A DNA stretch of 64,000 bases from Eledone cirrhosa (lineage: Eukaryota): contig CAXHJY010000096.1 of assembly GCA_964016885.1 (NCBI GenBank), positions 1,178,001 through 1,242,000 on the forward strand, given 5' to 3'. This document shows positions 41,001 through 55,000 of this stretch, piece after piece (position 1 is the stretch's first letter; every line of letters starts with the position of its first letter). The position numbers and the translations under genes are program-made. Under the pieces are notes generated by a model. That model did not search any database and was not told the origin of the DNA. It saw nothing but the letters and a program-made list of their open reading frames with translations.

Positions 41001-43245
41001 TAATTTGTAAAAAAAATCAAGGGGAGATAATTTCCAGCCGTCCAAGGGGAGGTAATATCTAGCCGTCCAAGGGGAGATAATTTCCAGCCGTCCAAGGGTA
41101 GATAATATCCAGCCGTCCAAGGACATATTTTCCAGCCGTCCAAGGAGAGGTAATTTCTAGCCGTCCAAGGGGAGATAAATTCCAGCCTCCAAGGTGAGAT
41201 AATTTCCAGCCAGCCAAGGGGAGATAATTTGTAAAAAAATCAGGGGGAGATAATTTGTAAAAAAAATCAGGGGGAGATAATTTGTAAAAAAAAATCAGGG
41301 GGAGATAATTTGTAAAAAAAATCAGGGGGAGATAATTTGTAAAAAAAAATCAGGGGGAGATAATTTGTAAAAAAAATCAAGGGGAGATAATTTGTAAAAA
41401 AAAATCAGGGGGAGATAATTTGTAAAAAAAATCAGGGGGAGATAATTTGTAAAAAAAATCAGGGGGAGATAATTTGTAAAAAAAAATCAGGGGTAGATAA
41501 ATTGTAAAAAAAAATCAGGGGGAGATAATTTGTAAAAAAAATCAGGGGGAGATAATTTGTAAAAAAAATGAAAGGGGAGATAATATCCAGCCGTCCAAGG
41601 GGAGATAATTTCCAGCCGTCCAAGGGGAGATAATTTCCAGCCGTCCAAGGGGAGATAATTTCCATCCTTCCAAGGGGATATAATTTCCAGCCGTCCAAGG
41701 GGAGATAATTTCCCGCCAGCCAAGGGAAGATAATTTTTAAAAAAATCAGGCGGAGATTGTAAAAAAAATCAGGGGGGAGATAATTTGTAAAAAAATCAGG
41801 GGGAGATAATTTGTAAAAAAAAATCAGGGGGAGATAATTTGTAAAAAATAATCAGGGGGAGATAATTTGTAAAAAAAAATCAAGGGGAGATAATTTCCAG
41901 CCGTCCAAGGGGAGATAATTTCCCGCCAGCCAAGGGAAGATAATATTTAAAAAAATTAGGCGGAGATAATTTGTAAAAAAAATCAGGGGGAGATAATTTG
42001 TAAAAAAATCAGGGGGAGAAAATTTGTAAAAAAAATCAGGGGGAGATAATTTGTAAAAAAAATCATGGGGAGATAATTTGTAAAAAAAAATCAGGGGTAG
42101 ATAATTTGTAAAAAAAAATCAGGGGGAGATAATTTGTAAAAAAAAATCAGGGGGAGATAATTTGTAAAAAAAATCAAGGGGAGATAATTTCCAGCCGTCC
42201 AAGGGGAGATAATTTTCAGCTGTCCAAGGAGAGGTAATTTCTAGCCGTCCAAGGGGAGATAATTTCCAGCCGTCCAAGGGGAGGTAATTTCCAGCCGTCC
42301 AAGGGGAGATAATTTTAAAAAAAAAATCAGGCGGAGATAATTTGTAAAAAAAATCAAGGGGAGATAATTTGCAGCCGTCCAAGGGGAGATAATTTTCAGT
42401 CGTCCAAGGAGAGGTAATTTCTAGCCGTCCAAGGGGAGATAATTGCCAGCCGTCCAAGGGGAGATAATTTCCAGCCGTCCAAGGGGAGATAATTTTTTTT
42501 AAAAAATCAGGCGGAGATAATTTGTAAAAAAAATCAGGGGGAGATAATTTGTAAACAAAATCAGGGGGAGATAATTTGTAAAAAAAAATCAGGGGGAGAT
42601 AATTTGTAAAAAAAATCATGGAGAGATAATTTCCAGCCGTCCAAGGTGAGATAATTTCCAGCCGTCCAAGGAGACATATTTTCCAGCCGTCCAAGGCGAG
42701 GTAATTTCTAGCCGTCCAAGGGGAGATAAATTCCAGCCTCCAAGGGGAGATAATTTCCAGCCAGCCAAGTGGAGATAATTTGTAAAAAAATCAGGGGGAG
42801 ATAATTTGTAAAAAATATCAGGGAGATAATTTGTAAAAAAAAATCAGGGGGAGATAATTTGTAAAAAAAATCAGGGGGAGATAATTTGTAAAAAAAAATC
42901 AGGGGGAGATAATTTGTAAAAAAAATCAAGGGGAGATAATTTCCAGCCGTCCAAGGGGAGATAATTTTCAGCCGTCCAAGGGGAGATAATTTCCCGCCAG
43001 CCATGGGAAGATAATATTTAAAAAAATCAGGCGGAGATAATTTGTAAAAAAAATCAGGGGGAGATAATTTGTAAAAAAATCAGGGGGAGATAATTTGTAA
43101 AAAAAAAATCAGGGGGAGACAATTTGTAAAAAAAATCAGGGGGAGATAATTTGTAAAAAAAAATCAGGGGTAGATAATTTGTAAAAAAAAATCAGGGGGA
43201 GATAATTTGTAAAAAAAAATCAGGGGGAGATAATTTGTAAAAAAA
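10076..43245 (+). repeat. Higher-order tandem duplication, period 16,532 bp (10076-26607, 26608-43139, homology continuing to ~43245)
   Basis: Every ORF from 10128 to 26472 recurs identically at +16,532 (26660-43004). Ends were located by eye: the first mismatch on the left is 10075 T vs 26607 G, and the copies diverge on the right at ~26713/43245. Confidence 0.96.
14110..21100 (+). repeat. Older imperfect higher-order period of ~4.0-4.1 kb
   Basis: ORF offsets: 14383->18478 (4095), 15266->19360 (4094), 16014->20005 (3991), 16646->20665 (4019). The copies differ by monomer-scale indels. Boundaries are approximate. Confidence 0.85.
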
Positions 43246-46200
43246 TGAAAGGGGAGATAATATCCAGCCGTCCAAGGGGAGATAATTTCCAGCCGTCCAA
43301 GGGGATATAATTTCCAGCCGTCCAAGGGGAGATAATTTCCATCCTTCCAAGGGGATATAATTTCCAGCCGTCCAAGGGGAGATAATTTCCCGCCAGCCAA
43401 GGGAAGGTAATTTTTAAAAAAATCAGGCGGAGATTGTAAAAAAAATCAGGGGGGAGATAATTTGTAAAAAAATCAGAAGGAGATAATTTGTAAAAAATAA
43501 TCAGGGGGAGATAATTTGTAAAAAAATTCAAGGGGAGATAATTTCCAGCCGTCCAAGGGGAGATAATTTCCCGCCAGCCAAGGGAAGATAATATTTAAAA
43601 AAATTAGGCGGAGATAATTTGTAAAAAAAATCAGGGGGAGATAATTTGTAAAAAAATCAGGGGGAGATAATTTGTAAAAAAAATCAGGGGGAGATAATTT
43701 GTAAAAAAAATCATGGGGAGATAATTTGTAAAAAAAAATCAGGGGTAGATAATTTGTAAAAAAAAATCAGGGGGAGATAATTTGTAAAAAAAAATCAGGG
43801 GGAGATAATTTGTAAAAAAAATCAAGGGGAGATAATATCCAGCCGTCCAAGGAGAGATAATTTAAAAAAAAAATGAGGCGGAGATAATTTGTAAAAAAAA
43901 AATCAGGGGGAGTTAATTTGTAAAAAAAAATGAGGGGGAGATAATTTGTAAAAAAAATCAAGGGGAGATAATTTCCAGCCGTCCAAGGGGAGATAATTTT
44001 CAGCCGTCCAAGGAGAGGTAATTTCTAGCCGTCCAAGGGGAGATAATTTCCACCCGTCCAAGGGGAGGTAATTTCCAGCCGTCCAAGGGGAGATAAATTA
44101 AAAAAAAAATCAGGCGGAGATAATTTGTAAAAAAAATCAAGGGGAGATAATTTGCAGCCGTCCAATGGGAGATAATTTTCAGTCGTCCAAGGAGAGGTAA
44201 TTTCTAGCCGTCCAAGGGGAGATAATTTCCAGCCGTCCAAGGGGAGATAATTTCCAGCCGTCCAAGGGGAGATAATTTTTTTTTAAAAATCAGGCGGAGA
44301 TAATTTGTAAAAAAAATCAGGGGGAGATAATTTGTAAACAAAATCAGGGGGAGATAATTTGTAAAAAAAAATCAGGGGGAGATAATTTGTAAAAAAAATT
44401 AGGCGTAGATAATTTGTAAAAAAAAATCAGGGGGAGATAATTTGTAAAAAAAAATCAGGGGGAGATAATTTGTTTAAAAAATCAAGGGGAGATAATTTGC
44501 AGCCGTCCAAGGGGAGATAATTTTCAGCCGTCCAAGGAGAGGTAATTTCTAGCCGTTCAAGGGGAGATAATTTCCAGCCGTCCAAGGGGAGATAATTTCC
44601 AGCCGTCCAAGGGGAGATAATTTTTTTTAAAAAATCAGGCGGAGATAATTTGTAAAAAAAAATCAGGGGGAGATAATTCGTAAAAAAAAATCAGGGGGAG
44701 ATAATTTGTAAAAAAAAATCAGGGGGAGATAATTTGTAAAAAAAATCAAGGGGAGATAATTTCCAGCCGTCCAAGGGGAGATAATTTCCAGCCGTCCAAG
44801 GAGACATATTTTCCAGCCGTCCAAGGCGAGGTAATTTCTAGCCGTCCAAGGGGAGATAAATTCCAGCCTCCAAGGGGAGATAATTTCCAGCCAGCCAAGG
44901 GGAGATAATTTGTAAAAAAATCAGGGGGAGATAATTTGTAAAAAATATCAGGGAGATAATTTGTAAAAAAAAATCAGGGGGAGATAATTTGTAAAAAAAA
45001 TCAGGGGGAGATAATTTGTAAAAAAAAATCAGGGGGAGATAATTTGTAAAAAAAATCAAGGGGAGATAATTTCCAGCCGTCCAAGGGGAGATAATTTTCA
45101 GCCGTCCAAGGAGAGGTAATTTCTAGCCGTCCGAGGAGAGATAATTTCCAGCCGTCCAAGGGGAGATAATTTCCAGCCGTCCAAGGGGAGATAATTTCCA
45201 GCCGTCCAAGGAGACATATTTTCCAGCCGTCCAAGGAGAGGTAATTTCTAGCCGTCCAAGGGGAGATAAATTCCAGCCTCCAAGGGGAGATAATTTCCAG
45301 CCAGCCAAGGGGAGATAATTTGTAAAAAAATCAGGGGGAGATAATTTGCAAAAAAAATCAGGGGGAGATAATTTGTAAAAAAATCAGGGGGAGATAATTT
45401 GTGAAAAAATAATCAGGGGGAGATAATTTCCAGCCGTCGAAGGGGAGATAATTTTAAAAAAAATCAGGCGGAGATAATTTGTAAAAAAAAATCAGGGGGA
45501 GATAATTTGTAAAAAAAAATCAGGGGGAGATAATTTGTAAAATAAATCAAGGGGAGATAATTTCCAGCCATCCAAGGGGAGATAATTTTCAGCCGTCCAA
45601 GGGGAGATAATTTCCCGCCAGCCAAGGGAAGATAATATTTAAAAAAATCAGGCGGAGATAATTTGTAAAAAAAATCAGGGGGAGATAATTTGTAAAAAAA
45701 TCAGGGGGAGATAATTTGTAAAAAAAAATCAGGGGGCGATAATTTGTAAAAAAAATCAGGGGGAGATAATTTGTAAAAAAAAATCAGGGGGAGATAATTT
45801 GTAAAAAAAAATCAGGGGGAGATAATTTGTAAAAAAAATCAGGGGGAGATAATTTTTTTTTCAAAATCATTGGGAGATTTGTAAAAAAAATCAGGGGGAG
45901 ATAATTTGTAAAAAAAATCAAGGGGAGATAATTTCCAGCCGTCCAAGGGGAGGTAATATCTAGCCGTCCAAGGGGAGATAATTTCCAGCCGTCCAAGGGT
46001 AGATAATATCCAGCCGTCCAAGGACATATTTTCCAGCCGTCCAAGGAGAGGTAATTTCTAGCCGTCCAAGGGGAGATAAATTCCAGCCTCCAAGGGGAGA
46101 TAATTTCCAGCCAGCCAAGGGGAGATAATTTGTAAAAAAATCAGGGGGAGATAATTTGTAAAAAAAATCAGGGGGAGATAATTTGTAAAAAAAAATCAGG

Positions 46201-47890
46201 GGGAGATAATTTGTAAAAAAAAATCAGGGGGAGATAATTTGTAAAAAAAATCAGGGGGAGATAATTTGTAAAAAAAATCAAGGGGAGATCATTTCCAGCC
46301 GTCCAAGGGAGATAATTTTCAGCCGTCCAAGGGGAGATAATTTCCCGCCAGCCAAGGGAAGATAATATTTAAAAAAATCAGGCGGAGATAATTTGTAAAA
46401 AAAATCAGGGGGAGATAATTTGTAAAAAAATCAGGGGGAGATAATTTGTAAAAGAAAAATCAGGGGGAGATAATTTGTAAAAAAAATCAGGGGGAGATAA
46501 TTTGTAAAAAAAAATCAGGGGTAGATAATTTGTAAAAAAAAATCAGGGGGAGATAATTTGTAAAAAAAATCAGAGGGAGATAATTTGTAAAAAAAATGAA
46601 AGGGGAGATAATATCCAGCCGTCCAAGGGGAGATAATTTCCAGCCGTCCAAGGGGAGATAATTTCCAGCCGTCCAAGGGGAGATAATTTCCATCCTTCCA
46701 AGGGGATATAATTTCCAGCCGTCCAAGGGGAGATAATTTCCCGCCAGCCAAGGTAAGATAATTTTTAAAAAAATCAGGCGGAGATTGTAAAAAAAATCAG
46801 GGGGGAGATAATTTGTAAAAAAATCAGGGGGAGATAATTTGTAAAAAAAAATCAGGGGGAGATAATTTGTAAAAAATAATCAGGGGGAGATAATTTGTAA
46901 AAAAAAATCAAGGGGAGATAATTTCCAGCCGTCCAAGGGGAGATAATTTCCCGCCAGCCAAGGGAAGATAATATTTAAAAAAATTAGTCGGAGATAATTT
47001 GTAAAAAAAATCAGGGGGAGATAATTTGTAAAAAAATCAGGGGGAGATAATTTGTAAAAAAAATCAGGGGGAGATAATTTGTAAAAAAAATCATGGGGAG
47101 ATAATTTGTAAAAAAAAATCAGGGGTAGATAATTTGTAAAAAAAAATCAGGGGGAGATAATTTGTAAAAAAAAATCAGGGGGAGATAATTTGTAAAAAAA
47201 ATCAAGGGGAGATAATTTCCAGCCGTCCAAGGGGAGATAATTTTCAGCCGTCCAAGAAGAGGTAATTTCTAGCCGTCCAAGGGGAGATAATTTCCAGCCG
47301 TCCAAGGGGAGGTAATTTCCAGCCGTCCAAGGGGAGATAATTTTTAAAAAAAAATCAGGCGGAGATAATTTGTAAAAAAAATCAAGGGGAGATACTTTGC
47401 AGCCGTCCAAGGGGAGATAATTTTCAGTCGTCCAAGGAGAGGTAATTTCTAGCCGTCCAAGGGGAGATAATTTCCAGCCGTCCAAGGGGAGATAATTTCC
47501 AGCCGTCCAAGGGGAGATAATTTTTTTTTAAAAATCAGGCGGAGATAATTTGTAAAAAAAATCAGGGGGAGATAATTTGTAAACAAAATCAGGGGGAGAT
47601 AATTTGTAAAAAAAAATCAGGGGGAGATAATTTGTAAAAAAAATCAAGGAGAGATAATTTCCAGCCGTCCAAGGTGAGATAATTTCCAGCCGTCCAAGGA
47701 GACATATTTTCCAGCCGTCCAAGGCGAGGTAATTTCTAGCCGTCCAAGGGGAGATAAATTCCAGCCTCCAAGGGGAGATAATTTCCAGCCAGCCAAGTGG
47801 AGATAATTTGTAAAAAAATCAGGGGGAGATAATTTGTAAAAAATATCAGGGAGATAATTTGTAAAAAAAAATCAGGGGGAGATAATTTGT
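36030..47890 (+). repeat. Older imperfect higher-order period of ~4.9-5.0 kb (~2.4 copies)
   Basis: ORF offsets: 36537->41459 (4922), 38189->43164 (4975), 39938->44838 (4900), 40883->45784 (4901), 41459->46487 (5028). Boundaries are approximate. Confidence 0.85.
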
Positions 47891-50800
47891 AAAAAAAAAA
47901 AAAAAATCAAGGGGAGATAATTTCCAGCCGTCCAAGGGGAGATAATTTCCCGCCAGCCAAGGGAAGATAATATTTAAAAAAATCAGGCGGAGATAATTTG
48001 TAAAAAAAATCAGGGGGAGATAATTTGTAAAAAAATCAGGGGGAGATAATTTGTAAAAAAAAAATCAGGGGGAGATAATTTGTAAAAAAAATCAGGGGGA
48101 GATAATTTGTAAAAAAAAATCAGGGGTAGATAAATTGTAAAAAAAAATCAGGGGGAGATAATTTGTAAAAAAAATCAGGGGGAGATAATTTGTAAAAAAA
48201 ATGAAAGGGGAGATAATATCCAGCCGTCCAAGGGGAGATAATTTCCAGCCGTCCAAGGGGAGATAATTTCCAGCCGTCCAAGGGGAGATAATTTCCATCC
48301 TTCCAAGGGGATATAATTTCCAGCCGTCCAAGGGGAGATAATTTCCCGCCAGCCAAGGGAAGATAATTTTTTAAAAAATCAGGCGGAGATTGTAAAAAAA
48401 ATCAGGGGGGAGATAATTTGTAAAAAAATCAGGGGGAGATAATTTGTAAAAAATAATCAGGGGGAGATAATTTGTAAAAAAAAATCAAGGGGAGATAATT
48501 TCCAGCCGTCCAAGGGGAGATAATTTCCCGCCAGCCAAGGGAAGATAATATTTAAAAAAATTAGGCGGAGATAATTTGTAAAAAAAATCAGGGGGAGATA
48601 ATTTGTAAAAAAATCAGGGGGAGATAATTTGTAAAAAAAATCAGGGGGAGATAATTTGTAAAAAAAATCATGGGGAGATAATTTGTAAAAAAAAATCAGG
48701 GGTAGATAATTTGTAAAAAAAAATCAGGGGGAGATAATTTGTAAAAAAAAATCAGGGGGAGATAATTTGTAAAAAAAATCAAGGAGAGATAATTTCCAGC
48801 CGTCCAAGGGAAGATAATTTCCAGCCGTCCAAGGAGACATATTTTCCAGCCGTCCAAGGCGAGGTAATTTCTAGCCGTCCAAGGGGAGATAAATTCCAGC
48901 CTCCAAGGGGAGATAATTTCCAGCCAGCCAAGGGGAGATAATTTGTAAAAAAATCAGGGGGAGACAATTTGTAAAAAATATCAGGGAGATAATTTGTAAA
49001 AAAAAATCAGGGGGAGATAATTTGTAAAAAAAATCAGGGGGAGATAATTTGTAAAAAAAAATCAGGGGGAGATAATTTGTAAAAAAAATCAAGGGGAGAT
49101 AATTTCCAGCCGTCCAAGGGGAGATAATTTTCAGCCGTCCAAGGAGAGGTAATTTCTAGCCGTCCGAGGAGAGATAATTTCCAGCCGTCCAAGGGGAGAT
49201 AATTTCCAGCCGTCCAAGGGGAGATAATTTCCAGCCGTCCAAGGAGACATATTTTCCAGCCGTCCAAGGAGAGGTAATTTCTAGCCGTCCAAGGGGAGAT
49301 AAATTCCAGCCTCCAAGGGGAGATAATTTCCAGCCAGCCAAGGGGAAATAATTTGTAAAAAAATCAGGGGGAGATAATTTGCAAAAAAAATCAGGGGGAG
49401 ATAATTTGTAAAAAAAATCAGGGGGAGATAATTTGTAAAAAATAATCAGGGGGAGATAATTTCCAGCCGTCCAAGGGGAGATAATTTTAAAAAAAATCAG
49501 GCGGAGATAATTTGTAAAAAAAAATCAGGGGGAGATAATTTGTAAAAAAAAATCAGGGGGAGATAATTTGTAAAAAAAATCAAGGGGAGATAATTTCCAG
49601 CCGTCCAAGGGGAGATAATTTTCAGCCGTCCAAGGGGAGATAATTTCCCGCCAGCCAAGGGAAGATAATATTTAAAAAAATCAGGGGGAGATAATTTGTA
49701 AAAAAAATCAGGGGGAGATAATTTGTAAAAAAAAATCAGGGGGAGATAATTTGTAAAAAAAAATCAGGGTGAGATAATTTGCAAAAAAAATCAGGGGGAG
49801 ATAATTTGTAAAAAAAAATCAGGGGTAGATAATTTGTAAAAAAAAATCAGGGGGAGATAATTTGTAAAAAAAAATCAGGGGGAGATAATTTGTAAAAAAA
49901 ATCAAGGGGAGATAATTTCCAGCCGTCCAAGGAGAGATAATTTAAAAAAAAATCAGGCGGAGATAATTTGTAAAAAAAAATCAGGGGGAGATAATTTGTA
50001 AAAAAAATCAGGGGGAGATAATTTGTAAAAAAAAATCAGGGGTAGATAATTTGTAAAAAAAAATCAGGGGGAGATAATTTGTAAAAAAAAATCAGGAGGA
50101 GATAATTTGTAAAAAAAATCAAGGGGAGATAATTTCCAGCCGTCCAAGGAGAGATAATTTAAAAAAAAATCAGGCGGAGATAATTTGTTAAAAAAAATCA
50201 GGGGGAGATAATTTGTAAAAAAAAATCAGGGGGAGATAATTTGTAAAAAAAATCAAGGGGAGATAATTTCCAGCCGTCCAAGGGGAGATAATTTTCAGCC
50301 GTCCAAGGGGAGATAATTTCCCGCCAGCCAAGGGAAGATAATATTCAAAAAAATCAGGCGGAGATAATTTGTAAAAAAAAATCAGGGGTAGATAATTTGT
50401 AAAAAAAAATCAGGGGGAGATAATTTGTAAAAAAAAATCAGGGGGAGATAATTTGTAAAAAAAATCAAGGGGAGATAATTTCCAGCCGTCCAAGGGGAGA
50501 TAATTTTCAGCTGTCCAAGGAGAGGTAATTTCTAGCCGTCCAAGGGGAGATAATTTCCAGCCGTCCAAGGGGAGGTAATTTCCAGCCGTCCAAGGGGAGA
50601 TAATTTTAAAAAAAAAATCAGGCGGAGATAATTTGTAAAAAAAATCAAGGGGAGATAATTTGCAGCCGTCCAAGGGGAGATAATTTTCAGTCGTCCAAGG
50701 AGAGGTAATTTCTAGCCGTCCAAGGGGAGATAATTGCCAGCCGTCCAAGGGGAGATAATTTCCAGCCGTCCAAGGGGAGATAATTTTTTTTAAAAAATCA

Positions 50801-52043
50801 GGCGGAGATAATTTGTAAAAAAAATCAGGGGGAGATAATTTGTAAACAAAATCAGGGGGAGATAATTTGTAAAAAAAAATCAGGGGGAGATAATTTGTAA
50901 AAAAAATCATGGAGAGATAATTTCCAGCCGTCCAAGGTGAGATAATTTCCAGCCGTCCAAGGAGACATATTTTCCAGCCGTCCAAGGCGAGGTAATTTCT
51001 AGCCGTCCAAGGGGAGATAAATTCCAGCCTCCAAGGGGAGATAATTTCCAGCCAGCCAAGTGGAGATAATTTGTAAAAAAATCAGGGGGAGATAATTTGT
51101 AAAAAATATCAGGGAGATAATTTGTAAAAAAAAATCAGGGGGAGATAATTTGTAAAAAAAAAAAAAAAATCAAGGGGAGATAATTTCCAGCCGTCCAAGG
51201 GGAGATAATTTCCCGCCAGCCAAGGGAAGATAATATTTAAAAAAATCAGGCGGAGATAATTTGTAAAAAAAATCAGGGGGAGATAATTTGTAAAAAAATC
51301 AGGGGGAGATAATTTGTAAAAAAAAAATCAGGGGGAGATAATTTGTAAAAAAAATCAGGGGGAGATAATTTGTAAAAAAAAATCAGGGGTAGATAAATTG
51401 TAAAAAAAAATCAGGGGGAGATAATTTGTAAAAAAAATCAGGGGGAGATAATTTGTAAAAAAAATGAAAGGGGAGATAATATCCAGCCGTCCAAGGGGAG
51501 ATAATTTCCAGCCGTCCAAGGGGAGATAATTTCCAGCCGTCCAAGGGGAGATAATTTCCATCCTTCCAAGGGGATATAATTTCCAGCCGTCCAAGGGGAG
51601 ATAATTTCCCGCCAGCCAAGGGAAGATAATTTTTAAAAAAATCAGGCGGAGATTGTAAAAAAAATCAGGGGGGAGATAATTTGTAAAAAAATCAGGGGGA
51701 GATAATTTGTAAAAAATAATCAGGGGGAGATAATTTGTAAAAAAAAATCAAGGGGAGATAATTTCCAGCCGTCCAAGGGGAGATAATTTCCCGCCAGCCA
51801 AGGGAAGATAATATTTAAAAAAATTAGGCGGAGATAATTTGTAAAAAAAATCAGGGGGAGATAATTTGTAAAAAAATCAGGGGGAGATAATTTGTAAAAA
51901 AAATCAGGGGGAGATAATTTGTAAAAAAAATCATGGGGAGATAATTTGTAAAAAAAAATCAGGGGTAGATAATTTGTAAAAAAAAATCAGGGGGAGATAA
52001 TTTGTAAAAAAAAATCAGGGGGAGATAATTTGTAAAAAAAATC
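47110..52043 (+). repeat. ~1.7 kb segment repeated at offset 3,263 bp (47110-48780 vs 50373-52043), each copy centred on an A16 tract
   Basis: ORF offsets 47147->50410 and 48092->51355 are both 3263. The A16 tracts at 47891-47906 and 51154-51169 have matching flanks. Confidence 0.85.
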
Positions 52044-55000
52044 AAGGGGAGATAATTTCCAGCCGTCCAAGGGGAGATAATTTTCAGCTGTCCAAGGAGA
52101 GGTAATTTCTAGCCGTCCAAGGGGAGATAATTTCCAGCCGTCCAAGGGGAGGTAATTTCCAGCCGTCCAAGGGGAGATAATTTTAAAAAAAAAATCAGGC
52201 GGAGATAATTTGTAAAAAAAATCAAGGGGAGATAATTTGCAGCCGTCCAAGGGGAGATAATTTTCAGTCGTCCAAGGAGAGGTAATTTCTAGCCGTCCAA
52301 GGGGAGATAATTGCCAGCCGTCCAAGGGGAGATAATTTCCAGCCGTCCAAGGGGAGATAATTTTTTTTAAAAAATCAGGCGGAGATAATTTGTAAAAAAA
52401 ATCAGGGGGAGATAATTTGTAAAAAAAATCAGGGTGAGATAATTTGTAAAAAAAAATCAGGGGTAGATAATTTGTAAAAAAAAATCAGGGGGAGATAATT
52501 TGTAAAAAAAATCAAGGGGAGATAATTTCCAGCCGTCCAAGGGAAGATAATTTCCAGCCCTCCAAGGGGCTATAATTTCCAGCGTCCAAGGGGAGATAAT
52601 TTCCAGCCAGCGAAGGGGAGATAATTTTTAAAAAAAAATCATTGGGAGATTTGTAAAAAAAATCAGGGGGAGATAATTTGTAAAAAAAATCAAGGGGAGA
52701 TAATTTCCAGCCGTCCAAGGGGAGGTAATATCTAGCCGTCCAAGGGTAGATAATTTCCAGCCGTCCAACGGGAGATAATTTCCAGCCGTCCAAGGGTAGA
52801 TAATATCCAGCCGCCCAAGGACATATTTTCCAGCCGTCCAAGGAGAGGTAATTTCTAGCCGTCCAAGGGGAGATAATTTCCAGCCGTCCAAGGGTAGATA
52901 ATATCCAGCCGTCCAAGGACATATTTTCCAGCCGTCCAAGGAGAGGTAATTTCTAGCCGTCCAAGGGGAGATAAATTCCAGCCTCCAAGGGGAGATAATT
53001 TCCAGCCAGCCAAGGGGGAGATAATTTGTAAAAAAATCAGGGGGAGATAATTTGTAAAAAAAATCAGGGGGAGATAATTTGTAAAAAAAAATCAGGGGGA
53101 GATAATTTGTAAAAAAAAATCAGGGGGAGATAATTTGCAAAAAAAATCAGGGGGAGATAATTTGTAAAAAAAAATCAGGGGTAGATAATTTGTAAAAAAA
53201 AATCAGGGGGAGATAATTTGTAAAAAAAAATCAGGGGGAGATAATTTGTAAAAAAAATCAAGGGGAGATAATTTCCAGCCGTCCAAGGAGAGATAATTTA
53301 AAAAAAAATCAGGCGGAGATAATTTGTAAAAAAAAATCAGGGGGAGATAATTTGTAAAAAAAAATCAGGGGGAGATAATTTGTAAAAAAAAATCAGGGGG
53401 AGATAATTTGTAAAAAAAATCAGGAGGAGATAATTTGTAAAAAAAATCAAGGGGAGATAATTTCCAGCCGTCCAAGGAGAGATAATTTAAAAAAAAATCA
53501 GGCGGAGATAATTTGTAAAAAAAAATCAGGGGGAGATAATTTGTAAAAAAAATCAGGGGGAGATAATTTGTAAAAAAAATCAAGGGGAGATAATTTCCAG
53601 CCGTCCAAGGGGAGATAATTTTCAGCCGTCCAAGGGGAGATAATTTCCCGCCAGCCAAGGGAAGATAATATTCAAAAAAATCAGGCGGAGATAATTTGTA
53701 AAAAAAATCAGGGGGAGATAATTTGTAAAAAAATCAGGGGGAGATAATTTGTAAAAAAAAAAATCAGGGGGAGATAATTTTTAAAAAAAATCAGGGGGAG
53801 ATAATTTGTAAAAAAAAATCAGGGGTAGATAATTTGTAAAAAAAAATCAGGGGGAGATAATTTGTAAAAAAAAATCAGGGGGAGATAACTTGTAAAAAAA
53901 ATGAAAGGGGAGATAATATCCAGCCGTCCAAGGGGAGATAATTTCCAGCCGTCCAAGGGGAGATAATTTCCAGCCGTCCAAGGGGAGATAATTTCCATCC
54001 TTCCAAGGGGATATAATTTCCAGCCGTCCAAGGGGAGATAATTTCCATCCTTCCAAGGGGATATAATTTCCAGCCGTCCAAGGGGAGATAATTTTCAGCC
54101 GTCCAAGGAGAGGTAATTTCTAGCCGTCCAAGGAGAGATAATTTCCAGCCGTCCAAGGGGAGATAATTTCCAGCCGTCCAAGGGGAGATAATTTCCAGCC
54201 GTCCAAGGAGACATATTTTCCAGCCGTCCAAGGAGAGGTAATTCCTAGCCGTCCAAGGGGAGATAAATTCCAGCCTCCAAGGGGAGATAATTTCCAGCCA
54301 GCCAAGGGGAGATAATTTGTAAAAAAAATCAGGGGGAGATAATTTGTAAAAAAAATCAGGGGGAGATAATTTGTAAAAAAAAATCAGGGGGAGATAATTT
54401 GTAAAAAATAATCAGGGGGAGATAATTTGTAAAAAAAATCAAGGGGAGATAATTTCCAGCCGTCCAAGGGGAGATAATTTTCAGCCGTCCAAGGGGAGAT
54501 AATTTCCCGCCAGCCAAGGGAAGATAATATTTAAAAAAATTAGGCGGAGATAATTTGTAAAAAAAATCAGGGGGAGATAATTTGTAAAAAAATCAGGGGG
54601 AGATAATTTGTAAAAAAAATCAGGGGGAGATAATTTGTAAAAAAAATCAGGGGGAGATAATTTGTAAAAAAAAATCAGGGGGAGATAATTTGTAAAAAAA
54701 TCAAGGGGAGATAATTTCCAGCCGTCCAAGGGAAGATAATTTCCAGCCCTCCAAGGGGCTATAATTTCCAGCGTCCAAGGGGAGATAATTTCCAGCCAGC
54801 GAAGGGGAGATAATTTTTTTTAAAAAATCATTGGGAGATTTGTAAAAAAAATCAGGGGGAGATAATTTGTAAAAAAAATCAAGGGGAGATAATTTCCAGC
54901 CGTCCAAGGGGAGGTAATATCTAGCCGTCCAAGGGGAGATAATTTCCAGCCGTCCAAGGGGAGATAATTTCCAGCCGTCCAAGGGTAGATAATATCCAGC

